Shown one piece after another: positions 27,082-35,368 of a stretch of DNA of 35,368 bases. The notes beneath the pieces were generated by a model that was not told where the DNA came from, did not search any database, and was given only the letters and a program-made list of their open reading frames with translations. Position 1 is the first letter of the stretch; each line of letters begins with the position of its first letter. The translations under genes and the position numbers were made by a program. Origin of the DNA: a virus (lineage: Duplodnaviria; Heunggongvirae; Uroviricota; Caudoviricetes); the IMG/VR virus record IMGVR_UViG_2740892269_000014; one strand, 5' to 3'.

Positions 27082-27672
27082 ATGAAGGGGCTTGAGAATG
27101 CTATCCGCAATCTGAACAGCCTTGATACCCGTATGGTGCCACAGGCCAGCGCATGGGCGATAAACCGTGTGGCACAGAAAGCGGTCTCGGTTGCCACCCG
27201 GCAGGTTGCCGGGAATACCGTTGCGGGAGATAACCAGGTGAAAGGGATCCCCCTGAAACTGGTACGTCAGCGTGTCCGGGTGTTTAAAGCCAGTCCGTCA
27301 GGAAAAATGACGGCCAGGATCCGCGTTAACCGGGGCAATCTGCCCGCCATCAAACTGAACACAACACGGCGGCGTGCTGGTGAAGGATTGAGAGTGGGAA
27401 AATACTTTTTCCGGGGGGCATTTATTCAGCAACTGGCGAATGGCCGCTGGCATGTTCTGAGGCGTCTTCCTGAAGCGCGTTTTGCAACAGGGCATGACCA
27501 TCAGGGCAGGCCAAGAAAAAATCGTCTTCCTGTGGAGGTAGTGAAAGTCCCGCTGTCCGGACCGCTGACACAGGCATTTGAAGATGCCCGCGACCGCATT
27601 ATTGCTGCGGAAATGCCGAAACAGCTGGGGTATGCACTGAAACAACAACTGAGGTTATGGCTGACCCGATGA
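27082..27672 (+). CDS. Z: tail completion protein Z-like
   Basis: 196 aa; motifs RGAFIQQLANGRWHVLRR and LPVEVVKVP...QLGYALKQQLR match lambda gpZ as recalled. Confidence 0.7.
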   Translation: MKGLENAIRNLNSLDTRMVPQASAWAINRVAQKAVSVATRQVAGNTVAGDNQVKGIPLKLVRQRVRVFKASPSGKMTARIRVNRGNLPAIKLNTTRRRAGEGLRVGKYFFRGAFIQQLANGRWHVLRRLPEARFATGHDHQGRPRKNRLPVEVVKVPLSGPLTQAFEDARDRIIAAEMPKQLGYALKQQLRLWLTR

Positions 27673-28070
27673 ACCGACATACACAAATCCGCCAGGCCGT
27701 ACTGGCACGCCTTCGGGAACAGTGTGGAGACAGCGCCACGTTTTTTGACGGGCTTCCGGCATTTATTGATGCGCAGGAACTGCCTGCCGTGGCGGTGTGG
27801 CTGAGTGATGCTCAGTACACCGGAAAAATGACGGATGAAGATGACTGGCAGGCTGTTCTGCATATTGCTGTCTTCATCCGGGCACAGGCACCGGATTCAG
27901 AGCTGGATATGTGGATGGAGAGCACCATTTTCCCGGCCCTGAATGATATACCGGCACTTTCCGGACTCATCGACACCCTGATCCCTCTCGGTTTTAACTA
28001 TCAACGTGATAATGAGATGGCCACCTGGGCGATGGCGGAAATCACGTACCAGATCACGTACACGAATTAA
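27657..28070 (+). CDS. U: tail terminator protein U-like
   Basis: 137 aa; motifs ATFFDG...PAVAVWL...YTG and PDSELDMWMES...IPALS match lambda gpU. Confidence 0.75.
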   Translation: MADPMNRHTQIRQAVLARLREQCGDSATFFDGLPAFIDAQELPAVAVWLSDAQYTGKMTDEDDWQAVLHIAVFIRAQAPDSELDMWMESTIFPALNDIPALSGLIDTLIPLGFNYQRDNEMATWAMAEITYQITYTN

Positions 28071-28081
28071 AGGAGGTGGCA

Positions 28082-28825
28082 ATGACCACACCAAATCCAC
28101 TGGCAAAAACGAAAGGTGCGGGAACGACGTTCTGGATGTACACCGGCAAGGGCGATGCGTTTGCGAACCCTTTATCGGACACTGACTGGCTGCGTCTTGC
28201 GATGGTGAAGGATCTGCAACCTGGCGAAATGACCGCTGATGCAGAAGATGACACTTATCTCGATGATGAAGATGCAGACTGGAAAACGACAACCCAGGGG
28301 CAGAAATCCGTCGGTGATACTTCGGCGACGCTGGCCTGGCGTCCGGGTGACAGCGGGCAGAAAAAACTGGTTCAGTTGTTCGACTCCGGTGAAGTCTGCG
28401 CGTTTCGTATCAAATATCCCAACGGCACTGTTGATGTTTTCCGTGGCTGGCTGAGCTCACTGGGTAAAACCATTGCCTCAAAAGACGTGATGACCCGCAC
28501 AGTGAAAATCAGCGGTGTGGGGCGTCCGTATCTGGCAGAGGAAGGCACTGAAACAGTGAGCGTTACCGGGCTGACGGTGGCACCGGCATCTGCCAGTGTA
28601 AAAGTGGGAGCAACCACCACGCTGACCTTTACAGTAAAACCTGACGGAGCCAGTGACAAAGCGATCAGTGTGCATTCGACAGATCCACAGACTGCCACGG
28701 TGACCCTGAACGGGCTTGTGGCCACGGTGAAAGGCGTGAAGCAGGGCAGTGTCAGCATTGTGGGCATGACTTCTGACGGCGATTTTGTGGCAGTGGCTGC
28801 GGTGGCTGTCAGCGCAGCAGGTTAA
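28082..28825 (+). CDS. V: major tail protein V-like with C-terminal Ig-like domain
   Basis: Start MTTPNP with AAGGAGG RBS; motifs KGAGTT.W.Y.G.GD..ANPLSD.DW and YLDDEDADW match lambda gpV. Confidence 0.85.
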   Translation: MTTPNPLAKTKGAGTTFWMYTGKGDAFANPLSDTDWLRLAMVKDLQPGEMTADAEDDTYLDDEDADWKTTTQGQKSVGDTSATLAWRPGDSGQKKLVQLFDSGEVCAFRIKYPNGTVDVFRGWLSSLGKTIASKDVMTRTVKISGVGRPYLAEEGTETVSVTGLTVAPASASVKVGATTTLTFTVKPDGASDKAISVHSTDPQTATVTLNGLVATVKGVKQGSVSIVGMTSDGDFVAVAAVAVSAAG

Positions 28826-28845
28826 CAGGACGATACTCATCATTT

Positions 28846-28869
28846 GCCCCGGTTATCCGGGGCTTTTTT
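28846..28869 (+). terminator. intrinsic terminator/attenuator downstream of V
   Basis: gccccgg-ttat-ccggggc hairpin followed by TTTTTT. Confidence 0.5.
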
Positions 28870-28882
28870 GCAGGTGGAGAAC

Positions 28883-29272
28883 ATGATGTTTCTGAAACAG
28901 GGCACGTTTAATTATGAAAAGCAGTCCGTGGTGCTCAGTGAGCTGTCCGGGCTGCAGAGAATTGAATATCTGGCGTTTGTTCAGCAGCGAACGGCAAAGT
29001 TTGATGCCGAAGAGGGAGAACTGCCGGAGGCTGAACGACAGATTGCTTTTTTGCGGATGGGGATGGATATCAATGCCTGGCTGGTTTCCCGCTCACTGTG
29101 GAATGCGGAACAGTCTCAGGATGTTGAGACGCTTTGCGCATCCGTTATTACAACATGGTCGTATGATGCCCTGGGAGCGGGGGCGGAGATGGTTCTGTCG
29201 CTGAGCGGTATGGGAGTCATTGAGAATGCCGGGGATTTGGAGCATGAGGTGCTGACGCCGGAAAAGTCCTGA
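28883..29272 (+). CDS. G: tail assembly chaperone G-like
   Basis: Starts MMFLKQ; motif LSELSGLQRIEYLA parallels lambda gpG; the stop lies just after the frameshift site. Confidence 0.75.
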   Translation: MMFLKQGTFNYEKQSVVLSELSGLQRIEYLAFVQQRTAKFDAEEGELPEAERQIAFLRMGMDINAWLVSRSLWNAEQSQDVETLCASVITTWSYDALGAGAEMVLSLSGMGVIENAGDLEHEVLTPEKS

Positions 29273-29610
29273 CGCGGGAAATGCAGTTTGTCATGCGGCT
29301 TGCCCGGGAGTTCCGGCGGGCAGACTGGCGGCGGATGCTGTCGGAAATGTCGGCCACTGAGCTTGGTGAGTGGGGCGATTATTTCCGGATGCAGAGCTTC
29401 AGTGATGTGTGGATGGATGCGCAGTTTGCCTCGCTGAAGGCATTGATCGTGAGAATGGTGTCCGGCAGCAATGATGCTGCGGTGGCTGATTTCAGCCTTT
29501 TACCGGAAGAGAACGGGATACCGGAGCGAACGGACGAAGAACTGATGCATCTTGGGGAAGGTATTTCCGGAGGTGTGCGTTATGGACCAGATAGCCAACC
29601 TGGTCATTGA
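29263..29610 (+). CDS. T: T-like -1 frame extension producing a G-T fusion by programmed frameshift
   Basis: An ORF in the -1 frame relative to G overlaps the G 3' end; slip-prone GGAAAAG at 29260-29266. Confidence 0.6.
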   Translation, partial: KVLTREMQFVMRLAREFRRADWRRMLSEMSATELGEWGDYFRMQSFSDVWMDAQFASLKALIVRMVSGSNDAAVADFSLLPEENGIPERTDEELMHLGEGISGGVRYGPDSQPGH

Positions 29611-32600
29611 TTTGGGGATTGATGCGGCAGAGTTTAAAAATGAAATTCCCCGTATCAAAAACCTTCTGAATGGTGCAGCCAGCGATGCAGAACGGTCTTC
29701 TGCCCGTATGCAGCGTTTTATGGAGCGTCAGACTCAGGCCGCCCGGCAGACAATGCAGGCGGCTTCTTCGGCTGCAACAGCCGCATCCGTCCATGCGCAG
29801 ACGGTGGAGAAGAGCGCACAGGCTCATGAACGCATGGCCCGCGAGGTGGAGCAAACCCGCCAGCGCATGGAGGCGCTGAGCCAGAAAATGCGCGAGGAAC
29901 AGGCGCAGGCCATGGCTCTGGCGGAGGCTCAGGATAAAGCGGCTGCCGCGTTTTATCGTCAGATTGACAGTGTGAAACAGGCCAGTGCGGGGCTGCAGGA
30001 ATTACAGCGTATTCAGCAGCAGATCCGACAGGCCAGAAACAGTGGCGGGATTGGTCAGCAGGATTATCTGGCGCTGATTTCTGAGGTTACGGCGAAAACC
30101 CGTGTTCTTACGCAGGCTGAGGAAGAGGCTACCCGACAGAAAGTGGCGTTTATCCGTCAGCTTAAAGAGCAGGCAACCCGCCAGAATCTTTCTTCTTCTG
30201 AGTTGCTTCGTGCTAAGGCTGCCCAGCTGGGGGTAAGCAGTGCTGCAGAAGTGTATATCCGCAAAATGGAGCAGGCAGGAAAAGCCACGCATTCGCTGGG
30301 TCTGAAAAGTGCAGCGGCCCGCCAGGAGATAGGCGTTCTGATAGGTGAACTGGCCCGCGGCAATTTAGGGGCGCTGAGGGGATCCGGGATAACGCTGGCT
30401 AACCGTGCCGGATGGATAGACACTCTGATGTCACCGAAAGGCATGATGCTTGGCGGGGTTATTGGCGGTATTGCCGCGTCCGTCTATGGTCTGGGTAAAG
30501 CCTGGTATGACGGTCAGAAGGAGGGGGAAGAATTTAACCGCCAGTTGTCGCTGACGGGGCATTATGCCGGAGTCACTGCCGGGCAGCTGTGGACGCTTAG
30601 TCGTGCTATTTCCGGGAATGGTATCACGCAACATGCTGCAGCCGGTGCGCTGGCTCAGGTGGTGGGGAGTGGTGCATTTCGTGGAAACGATATCGGTATG
30701 GTGGCGAGAGCTGCCGCACAGATGGAGCGATCGGTTGGCCAGTCGGTCAGCGATACCATAAATCAGTTTAAGCGGCTGAAGGATGATCCTGTAAATGCCG
30801 CGAAGGCTCTGGACAATGAGCTGCATTTTCTTACTGCCACTCAGCTTGAGCAGATACGTGTCCTTGGGGATCAGGGACGGTCCAGTGATGCTGCACGGAT
30901 AGCCATGTCTGCACTGGCAGAGGAAACCGGTCGGCGTACTGCGGATATTGATAATAACCTCAATGCGCTGGGCAGTACGCTGAAGTATCTGTCTGATTTA
31001 TGGAGTCGTTTCTGGGATGCGGCCATGAATATTGGTCGTGAAGACTCGCTGGATGAACAGATTTCCGCTTTACAGGAGAAAGTGTCGCGGGCGAAAAGAC
31101 TCCCCTGGACGGCATCATCTTCTCAGGTTGAGTACGATCAGCAGCGTCTTAACGAGCTTCAGGAGAAAAAACGCCAGAAGGATTTGCAGGATGCAAAAGA
31201 GCAGGCAGAGCGGAATTATCAGGAGCAACAGAAACGCCGTAATGCTGAAAATGCTGCACTGAACCGGATGAATGAAACGGAAGCAGCACGACATCAGCGT
31301 GAAATTGCGCGTATTAATGCCATGCAGTACGCCGATCAGGCTGTCAGGGATGCGGCGATACAACGTGAAAATGAACGTTACGAGAAAGCCCTGGCATCCG
31401 GTAAGAAAAAAACACGCGAACCCCGTAATGATGAGGCCACCCGGTTATTGCTGCAGTACAGTCAGCAACAGGCACAGGTGGAAGGACAGATTGCTGCTGC
31501 CAGACAGTCAGCAGGCATTGCCACGGAAAGGATGACAGAAGCGCATAAACAGCTTCTGGCTCTGCAGCAGCGCATCAGCGACCTGGACGGGAAAAAACTG
31601 ACGGCAGATGAAAAGAGTGTGCTGGCCCGTAAAGATGAACTGATTCAGGCACTGACGCTGCTGGATGTAAAACAGCAGGAGCTTCAGAAACAGACGGCAC
31701 TCAACGAGCTGAAGAAAAAAACAATTCAGCTGACCAGTCAACTGGCTGAAGAAGAGCGCGCTCAGCGTCAGCAACATGACCTGGATATCGCCACGGTGGG
31801 TATGGGTGATCAGCAGAGGCAGCGATATCAGGTACAACTGAGTCTTCGCCAGAAATATCAGCAACAGCTGGAGCAGTTGAGGCGGGATAGTGAGCAGAAA
31901 GGGACATATAACACGGATGACTACAGAAAGGCCGAGCAGGCGCTGACGGAGAGCCTGAACCGACAACTGAATGAGAATCGCCGTTATTGGCAACAGCTTG
32001 AAATTGCTCAGGGTGACTGGAAAAACGGAGTCCTGCGTGCACTCCAGAATGTCACTGAGAAAGCAGATAACACAGCCGGGACAGTGGAACAGTTGTTCAC
32101 GTCTGCGTTCAGTAGCATGAGTGACTGGCTGGCGACATTCTGTACTACAGGCAAACTCAATTTCAAATCCTTCACCTCTTCTGTGCTGTCAGATATGTCC
32201 AGAATCATGGCTCAGATAGCTTTAATGAAAGCGGTAAAAGGCATTGCTTCCGCGCTGCCTTTTGATTTTGTAGCCAATGCTGATGGCGGTGTTTATCAGT
32301 CGGCTGATTTGAGCCGCTACAGTGGCACGGTGGTTAACCGTCCGACGTTTTTTGCTTTTGCAAAAGGCGCGGGTGTGATGGGGGAAGCTGGACCTGAAGC
32401 CATTCTGCCACTGCGTCGTGGTGCTGACGGTAAGCTGGGGGTTGTAGCGGATATTGGTGGTTCAGGTATGGCGATGTTTGCCCCGCAGTACAACATCGAG
32501 ATCAATAACGATGGCACGAACGGGCAGATAGGTCCGGCTGCCCTGAAGGTGGTTTATGACCTTGGGAAAAAAGCGGCAGCGGACTTTATGCAACAGCAGG

Positions 32601-32638
32601 CCCGTGATGGTGGTCGGTTAAGTGGAGCATATCGGTAA
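29582..32638 (+). CDS. H: tail tape measure protein (gpH-like)
   Basis: About 1019 aa, coiled-coil rich, GGAGGTG RBS; follows G/T. Confidence 0.8.
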   Translation: MDQIANLVIDLGIDAAEFKNEIPRIKNLLNGAASDAERSSARMQRFMERQTQAARQTMQAASSAATAASVHAQTVEKSAQAHERMAREVEQTRQRMEALSQKMREEQAQAMALAEAQDKAAAAFYRQIDSVKQASAGLQELQRIQQQIRQARNSGGIGQQDYLALISEVTAKTRVLTQAEEEATRQKVAFIRQLKEQATRQNLSSSELLRAKAAQLGVSSAAEVYIRKMEQAGKATHSLGLKSAAARQEIGVLIGELARGNLGALRGSGITLANRAGWIDTLMSPKGMMLGGVIGGIAASVYGLGKAWYDGQKEGEEFNRQLSLTGHYAGVTAGQLWTLSRAISGNGITQHAAAGALAQVVGSGAFRGNDIGMVARAAAQMERSVGQSVSDTINQFKRLKDDPVNAAKALDNELHFLTATQLEQIRVLGDQGRSSDAARIAMSALAEETGRRTADIDNNLNALGSTLKYLSDLWSRFWDAAMNIGREDSLDEQISALQEKVSRAKRLPWTASSSQVEYDQQRLNELQEKKRQKDLQDAKEQAERNYQEQQKRRNAENAALNRMNETEAARHQREIARINAMQYADQAVRDAAIQRENERYEKALASGKKKTREPRNDEATRLLLQYSQQQAQVEGQIAAARQSAGIATERMTEAHKQLLALQQRISDLDGKKLTADEKSVLARKDELIQALTLLDVKQQELQKQTALNELKKKTIQLTSQLAEEERAQRQQHDLDIATVGMGDQQRQRYQVQLSLRQKYQQQLEQLRRDSEQKGTYNTDDYRKAEQALTESLNRQLNENRRYWQQLEIAQGDWKNGVLRALQNVTEKADNTAGTVEQLFTSAFSSMSDWLATFCTTGKLNFKSFTSSVLSDMSRIMAQIALMKAVKGIASALPFDFVANADGGVYQSADLSRYSGTVVNRPTFFAFAKGAGVMGEAGPEAILPLRRGADGKLGVVADIGGSGMAMFAPQYNIEINNDGTNGQIGPAALKVVYDLGKKAAADFMQQQARDGGRLSGAYR

Positions 32639-33084
32639 TGGAGACGTTTCACTNNNNNNNNNNNNNNNNNNNNNNNNNNNNNNNNNNNNNNNNNNNNNNN
32701 NNNNNNNNNNNNNNNNNNNNNNNNNNNNNNNNNNNNNNNNNNNNNNNNNNNNNNNNNNNNNNNNNNNNNNNNNNNNNNNNNNNNNNNNNNNNNNNNNNNN
32801 NNNNNNNNNNNNNNNNNNNNNNNNNNNNNNNNNNNNNNNNNNNNNNNNNNNNNNNNNNNNNNNNNNNNNNNNNNNNNNNNNNNNNNNNNNNNNNNNNNNN
32901 NNNNNNNNNNCATTTACGACAAACCACCCTGATCGGTTTCCAGTCATAAGGTGGCGTCCGCGCATTTCAGTGGACGCCACCTTATGACTGGAAACCGATC
33001 AGGGTGGTTTGTCGTAAATGGTCGGCAAGCGTGGGGGCGCTGTGGGTAACCATAACGGCAGATTTTGAACAGGTCGTGGCATAG
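32639..33084 (+). CDS. M: minor tail protein M-like, interrupted by an N run and a palindromic artefact
   Basis: ATG immediately after the H stop (METF...); the 3' part (from 32959) reads RAFQWTPPYDWKPIRVVCRKWS...FEQVVA*, matching the lambda gpM C-terminus. Confidence 0.6.
32654..32910. other. N run (assembly gap), 257 nt
   Basis: Contiguous n characters. Confidence 1.
32911..33019. repeat. perfect 49-bp inverted repeat (palindrome) with 11-nt spacer next to the N run; probable fold-back artefact
   Basis: Arm 32911-32959 is the exact reverse complement of arm 32971-33019; the right arm is genuine M coding sequence, while the left arm puts a stop (TAA 32947-32949) in the M frame. Confidence 0.85.
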
Positions 33085-33093
33085 GAGGCTCTG

Positions 33094-33792
33094 GTGCAGG
33101 ATATTCCACAGGAAACACATCATGAGACGACACTCCTCACTCAGTCAGCCCAGGTGGTGCTCTGGGAAATCGATCTGACAGAGGTCGGTGGTGAACGTTA
33201 TTTTTTCTGTAATGAGCAGAACGAAAAAGGTGAGCCGGTTACCTGGCAGGGGCGGCAGTATCAGGCATACCCCATTCAGGGGACGGGATTTGAACTGAAC
33301 GGCAAGGGCAGTGCTGCCCGTCCGACACTGACGGTTTCTAACCTGCACGGCATGGTCACGGGGATGGCGGAAGACCTGCAGAGTCTGGTCGGCGGAACGG
33401 TGGTCAGGCGTAAGGTTTACGCCCGTTTTCTGGATGCGGTGAACTTCGTCAACGGAAACAGCGACGCCGATCCGGAGCAGGAGGTGATCAGCCGCTGGCG
33501 CATAGAGCAGTGCAGCGAACTGAGTGCGGTCAGTGCCTCCTTTGTGTTGTCCACACCGACGGAAACGGATGGCGCTGTTTTTCCGGGACGTATCATGCTG
33601 GCCAACACCTGCACCTGGACCTATCGCGGTGATGAGTGCGGTTATGATGGCCCGGCGGTCGCGGATGAATATGACCAGCCAACGTCCGATATCACGAAGG
33701 ATAAGTGCAGCAAATGCCTGAGTGGTTGCAAGTTCCGCAATAACGTCGGCAACTTTGGCGGCTTCCTTTCCATTAACAAACTTTCGCAGTAA
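33094..33792 (+). CDS. L: minor tail protein L
   Basis: GTG start with AGGAGG RBS; 232 aa, near-identical to lambda gpL over most of its length as recalled (VVLWEIDLTEVGGERYFFCNEQNEKGEPVTWQGRQYQ...). Confidence 0.9.
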   Translation: MQDIPQETHHETTLLTQSAQVVLWEIDLTEVGGERYFFCNEQNEKGEPVTWQGRQYQAYPIQGTGFELNGKGSAARPTLTVSNLHGMVTGMAEDLQSLVGGTVVRRKVYARFLDAVNFVNGNSDADPEQEVISRWRIEQCSELSAVSASFVLSTPTETDGAVFPGRIMLANTCTWTYRGDECGYDGPAVADEYDQPTSDITKDKCSKCLSGCKFRNNVGNFGGFLSINKLSQ

Positions 33793-33797
33793 ATCCC

Positions 33798-34541
33798 ATG
33801 ACAGAGACAGAATCAGCGATTCTGGCGCACGCCCGGCGATGTGCGCCAGCGGAGTCGTGCGGCTTCGTGGTGAGAACACCGGAGGGGGAAAGATATTTTC
33901 CCTGCGTGAATATTTCCGGTGAGCCGGAGGAGTATTTCCGGATGGCTCCGGAGGACTGGCTGCAGGCAGAGATGCAGGGTGAGATTGTGGCGCTGGTTCA
34001 CAGCCACCCCGGTGGTCTGCCCTGGCTGAGTGAGGCCGACCGGCGGCTGCAGGTGCAGAGTGATTTGCCGTGGTGGCTGGTCTGCCGGGGGACGATTCAT
34101 AAGTTCCGCTGTGTGCCGCATCTCACCGGGCGGCGCTTTGAGCACGGGGTGACGGACTGTTACACGCTGTTCCGGGATGCTTATCATCTGGCGGGGATTG
34201 AGATGCCGGATTTTCATCGCGAGGATGACTGGTGGCGTCACGGTCAGAATCTCTATCTGGATAATCTGGAGGCCACAGGGTTGTATCAGGTGCCGTTGTC
34301 ATCAGCACAACCGGGCGATGTGCTGCTGTGCTGTTTTGGTTCATCGGTGCCGAATCATGCCGCCATTTACTGTGGTGATGGCGAGCTGCTGCACCATATT
34401 CCTGAACAACTGAGCAAACGAGAGAGGTATACCGACAAATGGCAGCGACGCACACACTCCCTCTGGCGTCACCGGGCATGGCGCGCATCTGCCTTTACGG
34501 GGATTTACAACGATTTGGTCGCCGCATCGACCTTCGTGTGA
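33798..34541 (+). CDS. K: tail assembly protein K (JAMM/NlpC-P60-like)
   Basis: 247 aa; HSHPGG JAMM-like motif and C-terminal Cys/His peptidase motifs; overlaps I as in lambda. Confidence 0.8.
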   Translation: MTETESAILAHARRCAPAESCGFVVRTPEGERYFPCVNISGEPEEYFRMAPEDWLQAEMQGEIVALVHSHPGGLPWLSEADRRLQVQSDLPWWLVCRGTIHKFRCVPHLTGRRFEHGVTDCYTLFRDAYHLAGIEMPDFHREDDWWRHGQNLYLDNLEATGLYQVPLSSAQPGDVLLCCFGSSVPNHAAIYCGDGELLHHIPEQLSKRERYTDKWQRRTHSLWRHRAWRASAFTGIYNDLVAASTFV

Positions 34542-35080
34542 AAACGGGGGCTGAAGCCATCCGGGCGCTGGCCACACAGCTCCCGGCGTTTCGTCAGAAA
34601 CTGAGCGACGGCTGGTATCAGGTACGGATTGCCGGGCGTGATACAGGTGAAACGGAATTATCAGCCCGTCTTAATGAACCGCTGGCAAATGGTGCTGTGA
34701 TCCATATCGTGCCGCGTCTGGCAGGAGCCAAAAGTGGCGGTGTGTTTCAGGCTGTGCTGGGGGCGGCTGTTATGGCGGTTGCTATATGGATGCCGGGGGT
34801 AGGAATTATGGCGAGTAATCTGCTGTTTTCTCTCGGTGCCAGTATGACGCTTGGCGGTGTTGCACAGATGCTGGCCCCTAAACCCAAAACCCCCAGCACA
34901 CAGACAACGGATAACGGCAAACAGAACACCTATTTTTCTTCACTGGATAATATGGTTGCCCAGGGCAATGTTCTGCCCGTTCTGTACGGTGAAATGCGCG
35001 TGGGATCACGTGTGGTATCTCAGGAGATCAGCACAGCAGATGAAGGTGATGGTGGTCAGGTTGTGGTGATTGGTCGCTGA
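34439..35080 (+). CDS. I: tail assembly protein I
   Basis: 213 aa; N-terminal about 70 residues and C-terminal about 60 residues essentially identical to lambda gpI as recalled. Confidence 0.9.
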   Translation: MAATHTLPLASPGMARICLYGDLQRFGRRIDLRVKTGAEAIRALATQLPAFRQKLSDGWYQVRIAGRDTGETELSARLNEPLANGAVIHIVPRLAGAKSGGVFQAVLGAAVMAVAIWMPGVGIMASNLLFSLGASMTLGGVAQMLAPKPKTPSTQTTDNGKQNTYFSSLDNMVAQGNVLPVLYGEMRVGSRVVSQEISTADEGDGGQVVVIGR

Positions 35081-35098
35081 TGAAAAACGTTTTATGTG

Positions 35099-35120
35099 AA
35101 ACCGCCTCCGGGCGGTTTTA
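35099..35120 (+). terminator. conserved hairpin between I and J
   Basis: aaaccgcc-tccg-ggcggttt stem followed by a short T tract; the same 60-nt I-J spacing as in lambda. Confidence 0.4.
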
Positions 35121-35140
35121 TCGTTTATGGAGCATGACGA

Positions 35141-35368
35141 ATGGGTAAAGGCAGCAGTAAGGGGCATACCCCGCGCGAAGCGAAGGACAACCTGAAGTCC
35201 ACGCAGCTGCTGAGTGTGATCGATGCCATCAGCGAAGGGCCGGTTGAAGGTCCGGTGGATGGATTAAAAAGCGTGCTGCTGAACAGTACGCCGGTGCTGG
35301 ACAGTGAGGGGAATACCAATATATCCGGCGTCACGGTGGTGTTCCGGGCCGGTGAGCAGGAGCAGTCA
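35141..35368 (+). CDS. J: tail tip/host-specificity protein J, 5' fragment truncated by the window end
   Basis: MGKGSSKGHTPREAKDNLKSTQLLSVIDAISEGP... matches the lambda gpJ N-terminus as recalled. Confidence 0.9.
   Translation, partial: MGKGSSKGHTPREAKDNLKSTQLLSVIDAISEGPVEGPVDGLKSVLLNSTPVLDSEGNTNISGVTVVFRAGEQEQS

Noticed and set aside
29492-32208. Multiple minus-strand ORFs inside the tape measure gene (for example 30002..30292, 30431..30826, 31508..31993)
   Set aside because: They are antisense to a long, confidently assigned structural gene, and their translations are low-complexity; typical shadow ORFs.

Overview
This 35.4-kb window is a mosaic lambdoid prophage, read here from the left early arm through to the 5' end of the tail-fibre gene J. 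It contains: (i) a left-end accessory island on the + strand with a Panacea-domain antitoxin-like gene coupled to an unrecognised partner; (ii) a minus-strand early-left operon (excisionase-like, DEDD exonuclease, Ea22-like, two DUF551 proteins, HD phosphohydrolase, YfdQ-like protein); (iii) an immunity region with a CI-like S24 repressor, Cro-like and CII/YdaT-like genes and TTGCG/CGCAA operator repeats; (iv) an early-right operon (Rha, replication initiator with internal iterons, PerC-like, Dam-type methyltransferase, LexA-DNA-binding-domain protein, RusA, KilA-N, DUF968, Q antiterminator); (v) an antisense AT-rich lipoprotein moron between Q and a candidate late promoter; (vi) a late region with an orphan DPPY methyltransferase, phage-21-type lysis cassette (dual-start pinholin, SAR endolysin, Rz/Rz1), terminase, portal, a Gifsy-2-like tripartite capsid gene, and lambda-like tail genes Z, U, V, G/T (-1 frameshift), H, M, L, K, I, J. 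No integrase, att site, tRNA, rRNA or CRISPR array was seen. The window has four N runs (15697-15963, 17462-17727, 24738-24970, 32654-32910); a 690-bp exact duplication and a 49-bp perfect palindrome next to two of them look like assembly artefacts. All family assignments are from reading the translations by eye and from memory of these families; no database search was run.
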